Source of the DNA: Phycisphaerae bacterium
GTDB taxonomy: Bacteria; Planctomycetota; Phycisphaerae; UBA1845; PWPN01
Assembly: GCA_012719955.1 (NCBI GenBank)
Contig: JAAXZI010000161.1
Span: 6,107-70,106 of the forward strand
Reading direction: 5' to 3'
Length of the DNA: 64,000 bases
In this document: positions 1 through 9,296 of the stretch, piece after piece
Layout: every line of letters begins with the position of its first letter
Position numbering within the stretch: position 1 is the first letter of the stretch
Translations under genes and position numbers: made by a program
Notes under the pieces: generated by a model
The model's database searches: none
The model's input: the letters and a program-made list of their open reading frames with translations, nothing else
What the model was told of the DNA's origin: nothing

Positions 1-868
1 CCATTACGTTATTGAGCAGATGGAACACGATGCCCGGGACCAGACTTTTGCGCCACCAGAAGAGCACGCCCATGACGATGCCCAGCAGCATGGTCTGGAC
101 TATGGCCAGCGGCCCCTGGTAGCCGTGTCCGAACCCGAACAGCACTGCTCCAATCGGGATGGTCAGCCACCATCTGCGGAAGATTGACTGGAGGCGGGTG
201 AGCATGAAGCCGCGAAAGGCGATCTCCTCCCAGATGGCCACAAAAGTCATCAACGCGATCATGCCCGTGGTTCCCATCGGCGGGAAGTTGGCTTCGATGG
301 CCTTGGCGGCGTCGTCCTGGTGTTTGCTGATCTCCGGAAACAGCAGGATGACAAAGGCGCCGAGTATGAACAGACAGATGATGGTCAGGACATAGGAGCC
401 CACGCCGATCCACGCGTTGACGACCAGTTCTCGACCGGTCAGTCCGATGGAATGCAACGGTTGGCCTGCCCACTTCAACAGGGCCACGCAGGCCACAAGT
501 GCGACCAGCCCCCCGGTGGCGGTTGTGAGGAGGTTGAACCAGCGCTCGTCCTCCGGCTGCCAGAACATCAACATCGGGATAGCCAGCAGGGAGCCGCCGA
601 TGCCCGCGGCCAGGGGCGTGAAGGCTTCCAGCAGGGCCCGCCACCAGCGCATTTGTGGCTGAGCCGGCGCAGGCGCGCCTGCCGGGACAGGCGGGGGAAG
701 GCCTTCGTCCAAGCTCACCGGCCTGGCGAAGGGCACATAGAAGCATTCCTGGCCGGTGCCCTGAAACGAGGCGGCCTCATGCTCCTGACGGGCAGATGGT
801 CCATAGGGCAGGGGAGAGGCTTCATCGGCCCGGATTTCCTCTGGCGGTGAGCGATTCTCAAGATTCAT
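1..868 (-). CDS. CPBP family (CAAX/Abi) intramembrane metalloprotease; 3' end runs off the window
   Basis: Not in the ORF track because there is no stop in the window. Manual minus-strand translation from ATG 868 gives several TM helices and the CPBP motifs WEEIAFRG, FGFGH and HLLNN. The start overlaps the end of the upstream gene. Confidence 0.88.
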   Translation of the reverse strand, partial: MNLENRSPPEEIRADEASPLPYGPSARQEHEAASFQGTGQECFYVPFARPVSLDEGLPPPVPAGAPAPAQPQMRWWRALLEAFTPLAAGIGGSLLAIPMLMFWQPEDERWFNLLTTATGGLVALVACVALLKWAGQPLHSIGLTGRELVVNAWIGVGSYVLTIICLFILGAFVILLFPEISKHQDDAAKAIEANFPPMGTTGMIALMTFVAIWEEIAFRGFMLTRLQSIFRRWWLTIPIGAVLFGFGHGYQGPLAIVQTMLLGIVMGVLFWWRKSLVPGIVFHLLNNVM

Positions 869-1538
869 GCGGCCTCTCGTTCTCCGGGAACGGCACGACC
901 GGCAATGGAGTGGTGATCGCCGCCCGCAGGCGCGGTAGCCAGCGCACGAAGAACTGCACCGCCTCGGGATCCTGGCGTCTCATGCTGAACACCGCCTTCC
1001 CGTAGGCGTTTGGACCCAGGGCGTATCGCCCGAAAGCGCCGCCGCCGATGGCGATGTACCCGGCCGCGCCGCCACCAAACGCGAAAACGCCAACAGCCCC
1101 GCCACCCAGGGCCACGAGGCCGATGGCTCCACCGCCGATGGCCACAAGGCCGACCGCGCCGCCGCCGATCGCGATCACGCCGACCGCCAGCCCGCCGAAG
1201 GCGATGATGCCCAGGCCAATCCCGGGGTGGTTCGTGCCAGTACCAGCCGAATCGAACAGCGGTATTGGCCCGATCATGGGCAGATTGGGCAACAGGCTCG
1301 GCAGCAGAGGCAACAGGACGAAAAGCACAAACAGTAACTGCAACGGCAGCATGAACACGAACAGGTAGAAGCGCAACGCCTTCTGAAACGCCGCCTGACT
1401 GAAGCACGGATTGTCCGGGCCGACCACACCCTCGATCTGACGGCGCAGGCGTTCGTTCTCCCGCTCCAGCAGGTCCATCCGCCGCGCTAGATCATCCTGT
1501 GAGCCATGCTCCGGCTTGCCGGGTGTGAAGTTGCCCAT
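858..1538 (-). CDS. Hypothetical membrane protein with N-terminal coiled coil and glycine-rich (A-I/L/F-GGGA-V/I-G) repeats
   Basis: 226-aa ORF with coiled coil LERENERLRRQIE, a TM segment and about six GGGAxGxxA repeats; 11-nt overlap with the CPBP gene. Confidence 0.75.
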   Translation of the reverse strand: MGNFTPGKPEHGSQDDLARRMDLLERENERLRRQIEGVVGPDNPCFSQAAFQKALRFYLFVFMLPLQLLFVLFVLLPLLPSLLPNLPMIGPIPLFDSAGTGTNHPGIGLGIIAFGGLAVGVIAIGGGAVGLVAIGGGAIGLVALGGGAVGVFAFGGGAAGYIAIGGGAFGRYALGPNAYGKAVFSMRRQDPEAVQFFVRWLPRLRAAITTPLPVVPFPENERPHES

Positions 1539-1619
1539 GGTTGCCTCTTGAAACTGTTGGCTTCCGGCGGCATCTGGGCCGCGTCAGAAGGCAGGCAAGA
1601 CGCCCGCCCCCAGCCATAC

Positions 1620-2861
1620 TCATGTCGGCCAGTTCCGTGGCCCGACGCTGATAAGATAGCCCGGCCCGGTGATGGGGAAGCGCTCAAAATACTCGCGGAT
1701 GCTCTCCGCCGAGACCGCGTTGACGGCGGCCATTCGCGCTTCTGCGGGGCGAGGCGCGCCGAAGTACTCGATGTCGTCGGCGATCTGCCCCAGCCGGTAG
1801 AAGGGGGTCTCGGATTCGACGGCCAGCGAGGTGCGCCGCAGATTCTTGACCCGGGCGATCTCTTTGGGCTCTACACCCTTTTCGACCAGTTCGGCGGCTT
1901 CGCGGCGCATGGCCTCCACGAGTTTTTCGCAATTCTCCGGCTCGCACAGTCCGAACAGCGTCAAGGCGCCGAAGTCGGCGTATTCGTCGCGGAAAGCGCC
2001 GGCCCGCGGGCTGAGGCCTTTCTGCATGATGTTCCAGTAGAACCGCGAGTTGACTCCGCCCAGGATGGCCGCCGCGGCTTCGGCGGTTTCGTCCAGCGGG
2101 TCGGTGCCGGCTGCCGCCGGATAGGCCAGCATGATGGCCTGCTGGTGAAAGCGATCCATGGCCCGGGCGGCCGTGCCTTCGCGCATCTGGGGCCGTACCC
2201 GCTGCCCGTTCGTCTCGCCGGCCGGCTCCCAATCCCCACAGTATCGCCGGGCCGAATCCATCACCTGGTCCGGGTCCAGGTTGCCGGCCACAATCAGCAC
2301 GAGGTTGTCGGGCGCGTACCGCCGCCGGAAATACTCATGCATCTGGTCGCGGGTCATGGCCCGGATGGTCTCTTCGTAACCGAGAATGGGCCAGGCCAGG
2401 TCACTGTCCGCGCACAGGTGCTCATACAGGATGTCGTAAGCGGTCGAAGCGAGATCGTCTCTGGACATGGCGATCTCTTCGAGGACGACGTTTTTTTCCG
2501 TCTCGAACTCATCCGGCGGCAGCGTGGAGCGCATCATGTCCGCCAGCAGCTCAAGCTGACGGTCGAAGTCCTCCGGACGCACCCAGCCGTAGTAGAAGGT
2601 TCGGTCCCGGCTGGTGAAGGCGTTGTACTGGGCCCCCATCTGATCGAATTCGATGTTGATCTGGATGGAGGTCCGCTTGCGGGTGCCCTTGAAACACATG
2701 TGCTCCAGGAAGTGCGAGACCCCGGCCAGTTGCCGGCTATCGTCGCGCGCTCCGGTCCGCGCCAGGAACCCGCAGGCCGCCGACTGGACGTGAGGCATGA
2801 CCTCGATGACCACCCGCAGGCCATTCGGCAGCTTCTCTTGCACGAATATGGTTTGAGACAT
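1620..2861 (-). CDS. M16 family (pitrilysin-like) zinc peptidase, catalytic subunit
   Basis: HFLEHMCFKGT (HxxEH), NAFTS and EKNVVLEE motifs. Start placed at MSQTIF (2861) because the ORF extension upstream crosses a repeat tract. Confidence 0.93.
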   Translation of the reverse strand: MSQTIFVQEKLPNGLRVVIEVMPHVQSAACGFLARTGARDDSRQLAGVSHFLEHMCFKGTRKRTSIQINIEFDQMGAQYNAFTSRDRTFYYGWVRPEDFDRQLELLADMMRSTLPPDEFETEKNVVLEEIAMSRDDLASTAYDILYEHLCADSDLAWPILGYEETIRAMTRDQMHEYFRRRYAPDNLVLIVAGNLDPDQVMDSARRYCGDWEPAGETNGQRVRPQMREGTAARAMDRFHQQAIMLAYPAAAGTDPLDETAEAAAAILGGVNSRFYWNIMQKGLSPRAGAFRDEYADFGALTLFGLCEPENCEKLVEAMRREAAELVEKGVEPKEIARVKNLRRTSLAVESETPFYRLGQIADDIEYFGAPRPAEARMAAVNAVSAESIREYFERFPITGPGYLISVGPRNWPT

Positions 2862-2877
2862 TCCTGAGTCCTCGACG

Positions 2878-2960
2878 ACAGATGGAGAGGAGCGGAGACG
2901 GAGCCATGGAGAGAATGAGCCCCGTCTCTCCATCTTTCCTCCTCTATCCTTCCATCTTTC
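2878..2960. repeat. Degenerate 8-mer tandem tracts in inverted orientation (GATGGAGA-like left, TCTCCATC-like right)
   Basis: gatggagaggagcggagacggagccatggagag ... tctctccatctttcctcctctatccttccatctttc between the two M16 genes. Confidence 0.6.
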
Positions 2961-2978
2961 ACTTCCCGCTCGCCTGCT

Positions 2979-4232
2979 TCACAACGCGTCCGACTTCTCC
3001 GGCGTCGGCCCCAGCGTGACCACGCTCAGCCGGTCGCGCGGATGGCCGGCCAGGTAGTCGCAGATGCGCTGGATCGTGACCGCCTGCACGCGCGCCATCT
3101 TTTCTTCAGTCGGAATGGGACGGCCGTGATAGAAGAGATCTTCGGTTAACTCGACGGCCCGCGCCCGCGTGATGTCCCCGCGGGTCTGGTTCCGAATCAC
3201 GATTCCGGCGATGGCCCGCTCAACCTCTTCAGTGGTCAGATCCTCGGAGAGTCGGTCGATTTCGCGCAGGAGCGTCGTGTAGGTCTTCTCCAGGTTCTGC
3301 GGCGTGGTGGAGGCCCCCAGGTGAAACATTCCGCTGCGCCGCGATTGATCGCTCCATGCGCCCACCCAATACACCAGCCCCTGCTTCTCCCGCACCTCGG
3401 TAAACAGCCGGGCGCCCATGCCGCCGGCCAGCAGGCCCACGATGACCTGGGCAGTGGGAAAATCCTCGTCCTGGGCCGCCGGGCCGGGGAAGCAGATGGC
3501 GATCTGTTCCTGTTCGAGGTCTTTCTCATGATGGGAGCGGGCCGCATTGAACTGGAAACCCAGTCCATCGAGGTCCGGCTCGCCCCGCCGGAAGCCCTCG
3601 AATTCCCGCTCGAACAGGTCGGCCACCGCAGCCGGCTCCACCGCCCCGGCCACCGCCACCTGCATGCGCGCGGCGCAAAAATATCGCTGCCAGTGGTCCA
3701 GGATCTGCTCCCGCCCGATCCGCTCCAGCGTTTCCTCCTCGCCCAGCGGGTGACGGCCCAGCGGTTCCCCGTAGGCCTGACGGTGGAGCAGCTTCTTGGC
3801 CAGCTCCTGGGGGTCATCTTCCAGCGCGGCCAGCGTCTGGCTGGTCAACTCCACCGCTACCGCGCAATCCTCGGGCGGAAAGCTGGGCGTCCGGATCATT
3901 TCCGCATGCAGAGCCACTGCCCGTTCCAGGAACTCCGGCAGGCACAGACACGAGAACCCGAACCGCTCGCGCCCCGCGTACGAGGAGTGCGTGGCCCCGA
4001 TGGCGTCAAAGGCATCGTTCAGCGCCCGCCCGTCGCGTTTGGCCGTGCCCTTGACGATGGCCTCGTCGAGCACGTGGGCTACGCCGAGGTACTCCGGACG
4101 CTCGAAGGCATATCCGGCCAGTATGCGAATCTCGACCGCGACCACCGGCCGGCCGGCCAGAGGCAGCACCGCCAGCTCGATCCCGCAGTCCAGACGCTTG
4201 TGCTCAATGTTTTCCGTCACGCCTGCTCCCAT
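2979..4232 (-). CDS. M16 family peptidase, non-catalytic subunit
   Basis: M16 fold motifs (GVAH..KGT, LAGGMGARLFTEVREKQGLVY); HxxEH is replaced by HVLDE. Confidence 0.9.
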   Translation of the reverse strand: MGAGVTENIEHKRLDCGIELAVLPLAGRPVVAVEIRILAGYAFERPEYLGVAHVLDEAIVKGTAKRDGRALNDAFDAIGATHSSYAGRERFGFSCLCLPEFLERAVALHAEMIRTPSFPPEDCAVAVELTSQTLAALEDDPQELAKKLLHRQAYGEPLGRHPLGEEETLERIGREQILDHWQRYFCAARMQVAVAGAVEPAAVADLFEREFEGFRRGEPDLDGLGFQFNAARSHHEKDLEQEQIAICFPGPAAQDEDFPTAQVIVGLLAGGMGARLFTEVREKQGLVYWVGAWSDQSRRSGMFHLGASTTPQNLEKTYTTLLREIDRLSEDLTTEEVERAIAGIVIRNQTRGDITRARAVELTEDLFYHGRPIPTEEKMARVQAVTIQRICDYLAGHPRDRLSVVTLGPTPEKSDAL

Positions 4233-4252
4233 TGGCTCAAACTTCGGTCAGT

Positions 4253-5854
4253 TCAAGCTGGTGTCCCCATCAGCGGAAAGAGTTCGTTGAGCTTCCCTTT
4301 CAACATCTCTTCATCACGGGCTTCCACGTTCAACCGCAGGAAGGGTTCGGTGTTCGACGGACGCACATTGAACCACCAGTCCGCGTACTGCACCGTGATG
4401 CCATCCAGGTAATCGATCTCCCCGTCGCTGTACCGATCGGCCAGGCGCTGGATGGTGCCTGTTTTGTCCTCGTTATGGAAGCTGCGCTCGCCGGAATGTG
4501 CATATCGCCGCAACGGCTCGATGAGCTCGTGCAGGGGCTGTCCCGACTCGATCAGCAGGTTGACCACCTGGGCGAAGGTGATCATGCCCGAGTCGCAGAA
4601 CCCATTGTCGCGGTAGTAATAGTGGCCGCTGAGCTCGCCGCCGAAGACGGCCTTGGCGTCCATCATCGTTTTCTTGATCATGGCATGACCGGCCCGCTCC
4701 CGACGCGGCAGCCCACCGGCCTTGCGGATTTCCTCCGGCACCACGCGCGACGAACGCAGGTCGTACACGACGGCCGAGCCGGGCGACTTCTTCAGGAAGT
4801 AGCCCGCCAGGAGCGCGGTCATCAGGTCCGCCGGGATGATCCGTCCCTCGCAATCCACGAAGATGGTCCGATCGGCATCGCCATCGAAGCAGACCCCGAA
4901 GGCCGCCCGGGTCCGCTTCATCCGGTCGCAAAGCTGGGAAAGGTTGGCCGGTACCAGAGGGTTCGGCTCGTGCCGGAAATCCCCGTTGTGCTCAAAGTTG
5001 AGCCGGGTCACCTCCAGCCATTCCACATCCCCAAACAGCACGGGAAACCACCTGCCGGCCATGCCGTTGGATGCGTCCACGACCACTTTCATGGGCCGGT
5101 CGGAGTTGTACCCGCCGGGCGAAGTGGTCAGGAATTGCCGGACGAACTGCTTGTACGGCCCGGACAGGTCGCGCTGTTCCAGGCCGGCCATCTGTGGTGT
5201 GGTATGGCGGATGGTGTTGATGGCCGCCTTGCTGATCTTGTTCAACCCGGTGTCCGCGCTGACGGGCTTGCCCTTCTCCCCGCAGATCTTGAACCCATTG
5301 TAGGTGCCGGGGTTATGACTGGCCGTGACCTGTACCCCGCCGCAGCAGGTGATGTGGTTGACCGCGAAGTAGAGCTGCGGCGTGTCCACCATGCCGATGT
5401 CAATGACCGGCGAGCCGCCCGAGCGTAGACCCTCGATGACCGCAGCCGCCAGGGCCGGGCTGCTCTTGCGCATGTCCCGTCCCACCACCACCGCTGACTT
5501 TTCCGTCCGGCTCCGCTCGTAACCGCGGAGCTCGGAACGCAGGAAGTTGGCCGTGGCCTGACCAATCCGCCAGGCCAGCTCCTCGTCCAGAGGTTGTGGA
5601 TAAACGCCCCGAATGTCGTAGGCCTTAAAAATTGAAGCTATACGTTCTCGCTTATTTTTTTCCTCTTCTGCTGCTTTCCGGTCGATTCCCGGCATGACCA
5701 GGCCGCCGATCTTGTTCTCGTCGTCATTGAACTGGCAGCCCTTGCACTTGGGGTAGTTTGCCCGTCGACGTCCCAGGCAGACGGCGTTGGAGAGCTTAAT
5801 GCGTTCTTCGCCGGGGCAGAAACGGTAATAGTCTTGTTGGTTCGGGGTCGCCAT
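4253..5854 (-). CDS. Phosphomannomutase/phosphoglucomutase with Cys-rich N-terminal extension
   Basis: IFKAYDIRG, TASHNP (phosphoserine loop), FDGDADR (metal loop), GELSGH and RPSNTEP motifs. Start is ATG 5854 or GTG 5860. Confidence 0.93.
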   Translation of the reverse strand: MATPNQQDYYRFCPGEERIKLSNAVCLGRRRANYPKCKGCQFNDDENKIGGLVMPGIDRKAAEEEKNKRERIASIFKAYDIRGVYPQPLDEELAWRIGQATANFLRSELRGYERSRTEKSAVVVGRDMRKSSPALAAAVIEGLRSGGSPVIDIGMVDTPQLYFAVNHITCCGGVQVTASHNPGTYNGFKICGEKGKPVSADTGLNKISKAAINTIRHTTPQMAGLEQRDLSGPYKQFVRQFLTTSPGGYNSDRPMKVVVDASNGMAGRWFPVLFGDVEWLEVTRLNFEHNGDFRHEPNPLVPANLSQLCDRMKRTRAAFGVCFDGDADRTIFVDCEGRIIPADLMTALLAGYFLKKSPGSAVVYDLRSSRVVPEEIRKAGGLPRRERAGHAMIKKTMMDAKAVFGGELSGHYYYRDNGFCDSGMITFAQVVNLLIESGQPLHELIEPLRRYAHSGERSFHNEDKTGTIQRLADRYSDGEIDYLDGITVQYADWWFNVRPSNTEPFLRLNVEARDEEMLKGKLNELFPLMGTPA

Positions 5855-6118
5855 GGGCACGGTACGCTTCCTTTAGCCGAAGGCTCTTGCGTGAACGACC
5901 TATCATAGCCGAATTGGCGACTCTTCGCACGGCCGTCAAGCCGGGGTTTACCTGTGCTTCAGGATTCCCGGCCGTCAGATTCCGGGGGGGCGGGGCTTTG
6001 CCGTTTGACACGATTCACCTCATCCATACAATGGCCTCGGCTGTTTGCCGCAGGGAGGCGCGCAAATAGGATCCACTGCGCTCCATCTGGCCATCGTCTA
6101 GCCCCGAGGGAACCTCCA

Positions 6119-8011
6119 ATGCCCACGCATGGGTGGTCTTGCTTTACGATTCGACAACTTGTGCTGAGTGGCTTACTGATGGCCCTGGGTTGCCGGACGA
6201 CCTCTTCTGACGTCGAGTCGGTTACCGTCAGCCCTGATCCGGCCGGTCGCGCCAAGGTGATTGCGGCTCGCCGGCTGGCCCAGGAGGCCGCCGCCGCGGA
6301 TGAGCCCAACCCGGCGGCGCCCGACCGGGTGCCGGTTCGTCCGATGGGGCCGCCCGCGACCACCCAGCCTGTCAGCCAGCCCACGCCCGACCAGATCGAA
6401 GAAGAAGTCCCCGATCCGGTGGACGAGCTCAAACGGATCGACGCCCTTCTCAGTCGAACCGACCTGAGCCTTCCGGATCGGCGCTCGCTGGAGCGTCTCC
6501 GCACTCGTGTGGCCGCCACGCAGCGCGAAAACGCGGTCCGGCTCAGCTTGGGGGATGCCGTTCGCCGGGCACTGCAGAACAACTACTCCATTCAGGTACA
6601 GTCCTATAACCCTGCGATCGATGCCACGCAGATTGTCGAGGCCGAAGCCCGGTTTGACGAAGTCTTCTTCACCAGCTTCAACTACAACCGTCAGGATCGG
6701 CCGACCAGTTCGCAGCTTCAGGGTACGCAGTCGGATACCCGCGTGTTCAACGGTGGAATTCGCAAGCTGCTCTCGACCGGCACGCTGGTTCAAGCCAGCT
6801 ACGCGTTAACCCGCACCAAGACCAACCTGAGCTATCAGACGCTCAACCCGGCCTATTTCAACCAGTTCATTGTGGAGTTCCAGCAGCCGCTCCTGCGGGG
6901 GTTCGGGCTTGACTTCAACCGTTCTCAAATCGAAATCAACCGGCTGAACCGCCGCATCAGCCTCGCCCGCCTGGAGCGGGAGATTCGCGAAACGCTCTTC
7001 AACGTGGAGCGGGCCTATTGGCGGCTGCTCCAGGCCCGCCGGTCCATCACCGTGCAGGCCCGATTGCTGGAAGAGCTCCAGAGCATTCTGGCCGCGCTGG
7101 AAGCGCGCCGCGACTACGACGTGTATCCCATTCTGCTCAACCAGACCAGCAGCCGGATCCAGCTTCAGGAGGCCCAGTTCATCCAGGCCGTCAACAACAT
7201 GCGTTCGGCCGAGGTTTTCCTGAAAGGCCTGCTGAACGATCCGACCCTCAACCAGGCGGTGGACGTGGACATCATCCCGACCGATACGCCCAGCCTCGAA
7301 CCGATCATGCTCGATCAGTTGGGTGAGCTTTCCGCCGCCCTGACCCACCGCGCCGAGTTGCACGAGGCCCGGCTGGCCATTGAGCAGGCCCAGATCGCCA
7401 TCGGGGTGGCCAAGAACCAGGCCCTGCCCCGGCTCGACCTGCTGTTCCGGTACATCGTGGACGGCTTGGGCGGCAACCCCAGTTCCGCCTTCAGCCAGAT
7501 GAGCAACAACGACTTTAACGAGTACGTAGTAGGCCTGGAATTTGAGTGGCCGATCGGCAACCGCGGCCCCGAGGCCGCTATCCGCCGGGCCCGGCTGCAG
7601 CAGGCCCAGGCCATCGCCGCGCATCGCGCCCAGATCGAGCTGGTCATCACCGAGGTCAAGCAGATACTCCTCGATCTTCAGAGCACTTTCGAGCAGGTGG
7701 GGCCCAACTTCCGGGCCGCCCGGGCGGCATTCGATCAGCTCCGGGCCACCCGGGCCAAGATCGAGCGGCGCGATCCGGCCAACTTGAATGTCGAACTGAC
7801 CGCCAACCAGGATCTGGCCAGCGCCCGCCTGGGATTGCTGGACGCCCTGGTCAGCTACAACATCAACATCATCGATCTGGAGCGCCGCAAAGGTACGCTG
7901 TTGCGTTACAACAACGTGGTCATCTGCGGGGCCGAAGACGAGGCCGCCCAGAAGCCCTACCGTCCCAGCAGCAGCGGCTGGGGCCAGAATGTCGGCATGA
8001 CGGCTGAGTAG
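6119..8011 (+). CDS. TolC family outer-membrane efflux protein (lipoprotein)
   Basis: Lipobox LMALGC; OEP motifs LSLGDAVRRALQNN, VERAYWRL, AKNQALPRLDL and FEWPIGNR. Start at MPTHGW (6119). Confidence 0.88.
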   Translation: MPTHGWSCFTIRQLVLSGLLMALGCRTTSSDVESVTVSPDPAGRAKVIAARRLAQEAAAADEPNPAAPDRVPVRPMGPPATTQPVSQPTPDQIEEEVPDPVDELKRIDALLSRTDLSLPDRRSLERLRTRVAATQRENAVRLSLGDAVRRALQNNYSIQVQSYNPAIDATQIVEAEARFDEVFFTSFNYNRQDRPTSSQLQGTQSDTRVFNGGIRKLLSTGTLVQASYALTRTKTNLSYQTLNPAYFNQFIVEFQQPLLRGFGLDFNRSQIEINRLNRRISLARLEREIRETLFNVERAYWRLLQARRSITVQARLLEELQSILAALEARRDYDVYPILLNQTSSRIQLQEAQFIQAVNNMRSAEVFLKGLLNDPTLNQAVDVDIIPTDTPSLEPIMLDQLGELSAALTHRAELHEARLAIEQAQIAIGVAKNQALPRLDLLFRYIVDGLGGNPSSAFSQMSNNDFNEYVVGLEFEWPIGNRGPEAAIRRARLQQAQAIAAHRAQIELVITEVKQILLDLQSTFEQVGPNFRAARAAFDQLRATRAKIERRDPANLNVELTANQDLASARLGLLDALVSYNINIIDLERRKGTLLRYNNVVICGAEDEAAQKPYRPSSSGWGQNVGMTAE

Positions 8012-8034
8012 GCGGTGGCACACTATAATCCCCT

Positions 8035-8913
8035 ATGCCTGTGGAGCCGAACAAACCGTCATTGAGATCCTTCTTCGCCAACCATTCCCGGAGCTGGAGA
8101 GACAATCTTTATGTCTACCCGGTGATCAGCCGCCGGGCCGGGGGGGTGTCCATCGGGATCAATCTGAATCCCGACAAGGCCTGTAACTTCGACTGCGTCT
8201 ATTGCCAGGTGGATCGGACCATTCCGCCGACGGTCCGCACCGTCAAGCTGGATGTGCTTCGCGAGGAGCTGGAACGGACCATGGCCGCGGTGGTCGGCGG
8301 CGAGTTGTTCCAGGGGCCGCAGTTCGCCAGCGTCCCTGCCTCCAACCGGCGGCTCAACGATATCGCCTTCTCCGGCGACGGCGAGCCGACCGCCTCGCCG
8401 GTGTTCCTGGAGGCGGTCCAGGTGGCGGCCGACGCGCGTCGCCGTTTTGAGCTTGACGAGCTGAAGCTGGTCGTGATTACGGACGCCGCGTGGCTGCACC
8501 GGCCCCGTGTGCGCGAGGCCCTCACGATCCTGGACGCTAACAACGGCGAAATCTGGGCCAAGCTCGATGCCGGTACGGAAGAACGCTTTCGTCTGATCAA
8601 CCGGCCCAACTGCTCGCTGCAACGGATCCTCGACAACATCCTGGATGCCGCCCGTATCCGTCCGATCGTCATTCAATCGCTGTGGATGAACGTCCACGGC
8701 GCGCCGCCGCCGGACGCGGAAGTGGACGCCTTTGCCCATCGTCTGCGCGAGATCCTGGTCGCCGGCGGCAAGATCAAGCTCCTGCAGATTTACACCATCG
8801 CCCGGCGAACCACGGAGCCCTGGGTTACTCCGCTGGACGATCCCGCGCTGGCCCGCATCGCCGAGCGCGTCCGATCCATCGTGGACGTGCCCCTCGCCAT
8901 CTACGGCACGTAA
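8035..8913 (+). CDS. Radical SAM protein (TYW1-like subgroup)
   Basis: CNFDCVYC (CxxxCxxC), VYPVISRRAGGVSIGINL, FSGDGEPT and KLDAG motifs. Confidence 0.9.
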   Translation: MPVEPNKPSLRSFFANHSRSWRDNLYVYPVISRRAGGVSIGINLNPDKACNFDCVYCQVDRTIPPTVRTVKLDVLREELERTMAAVVGGELFQGPQFASVPASNRRLNDIAFSGDGEPTASPVFLEAVQVAADARRRFELDELKLVVITDAAWLHRPRVREALTILDANNGEIWAKLDAGTEERFRLINRPNCSLQRILDNILDAARIRPIVIQSLWMNVHGAPPPDAEVDAFAHRLREILVAGGKIKLLQIYTIARRTTEPWVTPLDDPALARIAERVRSIVDVPLAIYGT

Positions 8914-8985
8914 TCAGTACGGTCCGTGCGCCGCGGCCGGGAGCGGCACGGAGCCCCCATGACGCCCTGAACGAGAACCCCTGCG

Positions 8986-9124
8986 CATTCGGTTTGCGTT
9001 GCAGACCCGGGTGGGTTTCCGTCTGGTTGTTGGTAACCCCGCTACGGATTTCGCCCGGATCTTCGCGCCCCCCCTCTGAAGAGGCGGGGCACCCAACCAC
9101 AGGATTCATTTGGAATCCTTATCA
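8986..9124 (+). mobile_element. ~140-bp MITE-like dispersed repeat, family A copy 1
   Basis: Aligns by eye with 37711-38056, 57401-57538 and the reverse complement of 61668-61789; central hairpin gcgccccccctctgaagaggcggggcac. Confidence 0.75.
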
Positions 9125-9296
9125 AACAGAGGCCGAGCCGGCCGGACCGCCGTTTCTGAATCGTGTCCCCGTTTTGTCGCAACGCCGTCCCGCGTATGAT
9201 AGCCCCCAGCCGGCAGTTGGCGCGCGGATCCGTTCTTGTGCCTCTTGGGGCGGGAAGCTTTTCCCGCCATGCGATATCAGATCGGGAGGTGAACCG

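Noticed and set aside
8682-9296. N-terminal extensions in the ORF track (8682, 32969, 26148, 57357, 5954, 31842)
   Set aside because: They run through intergenic repeats or promoters; downstream starts have an RBS, signal peptide or family-typical N-terminus.
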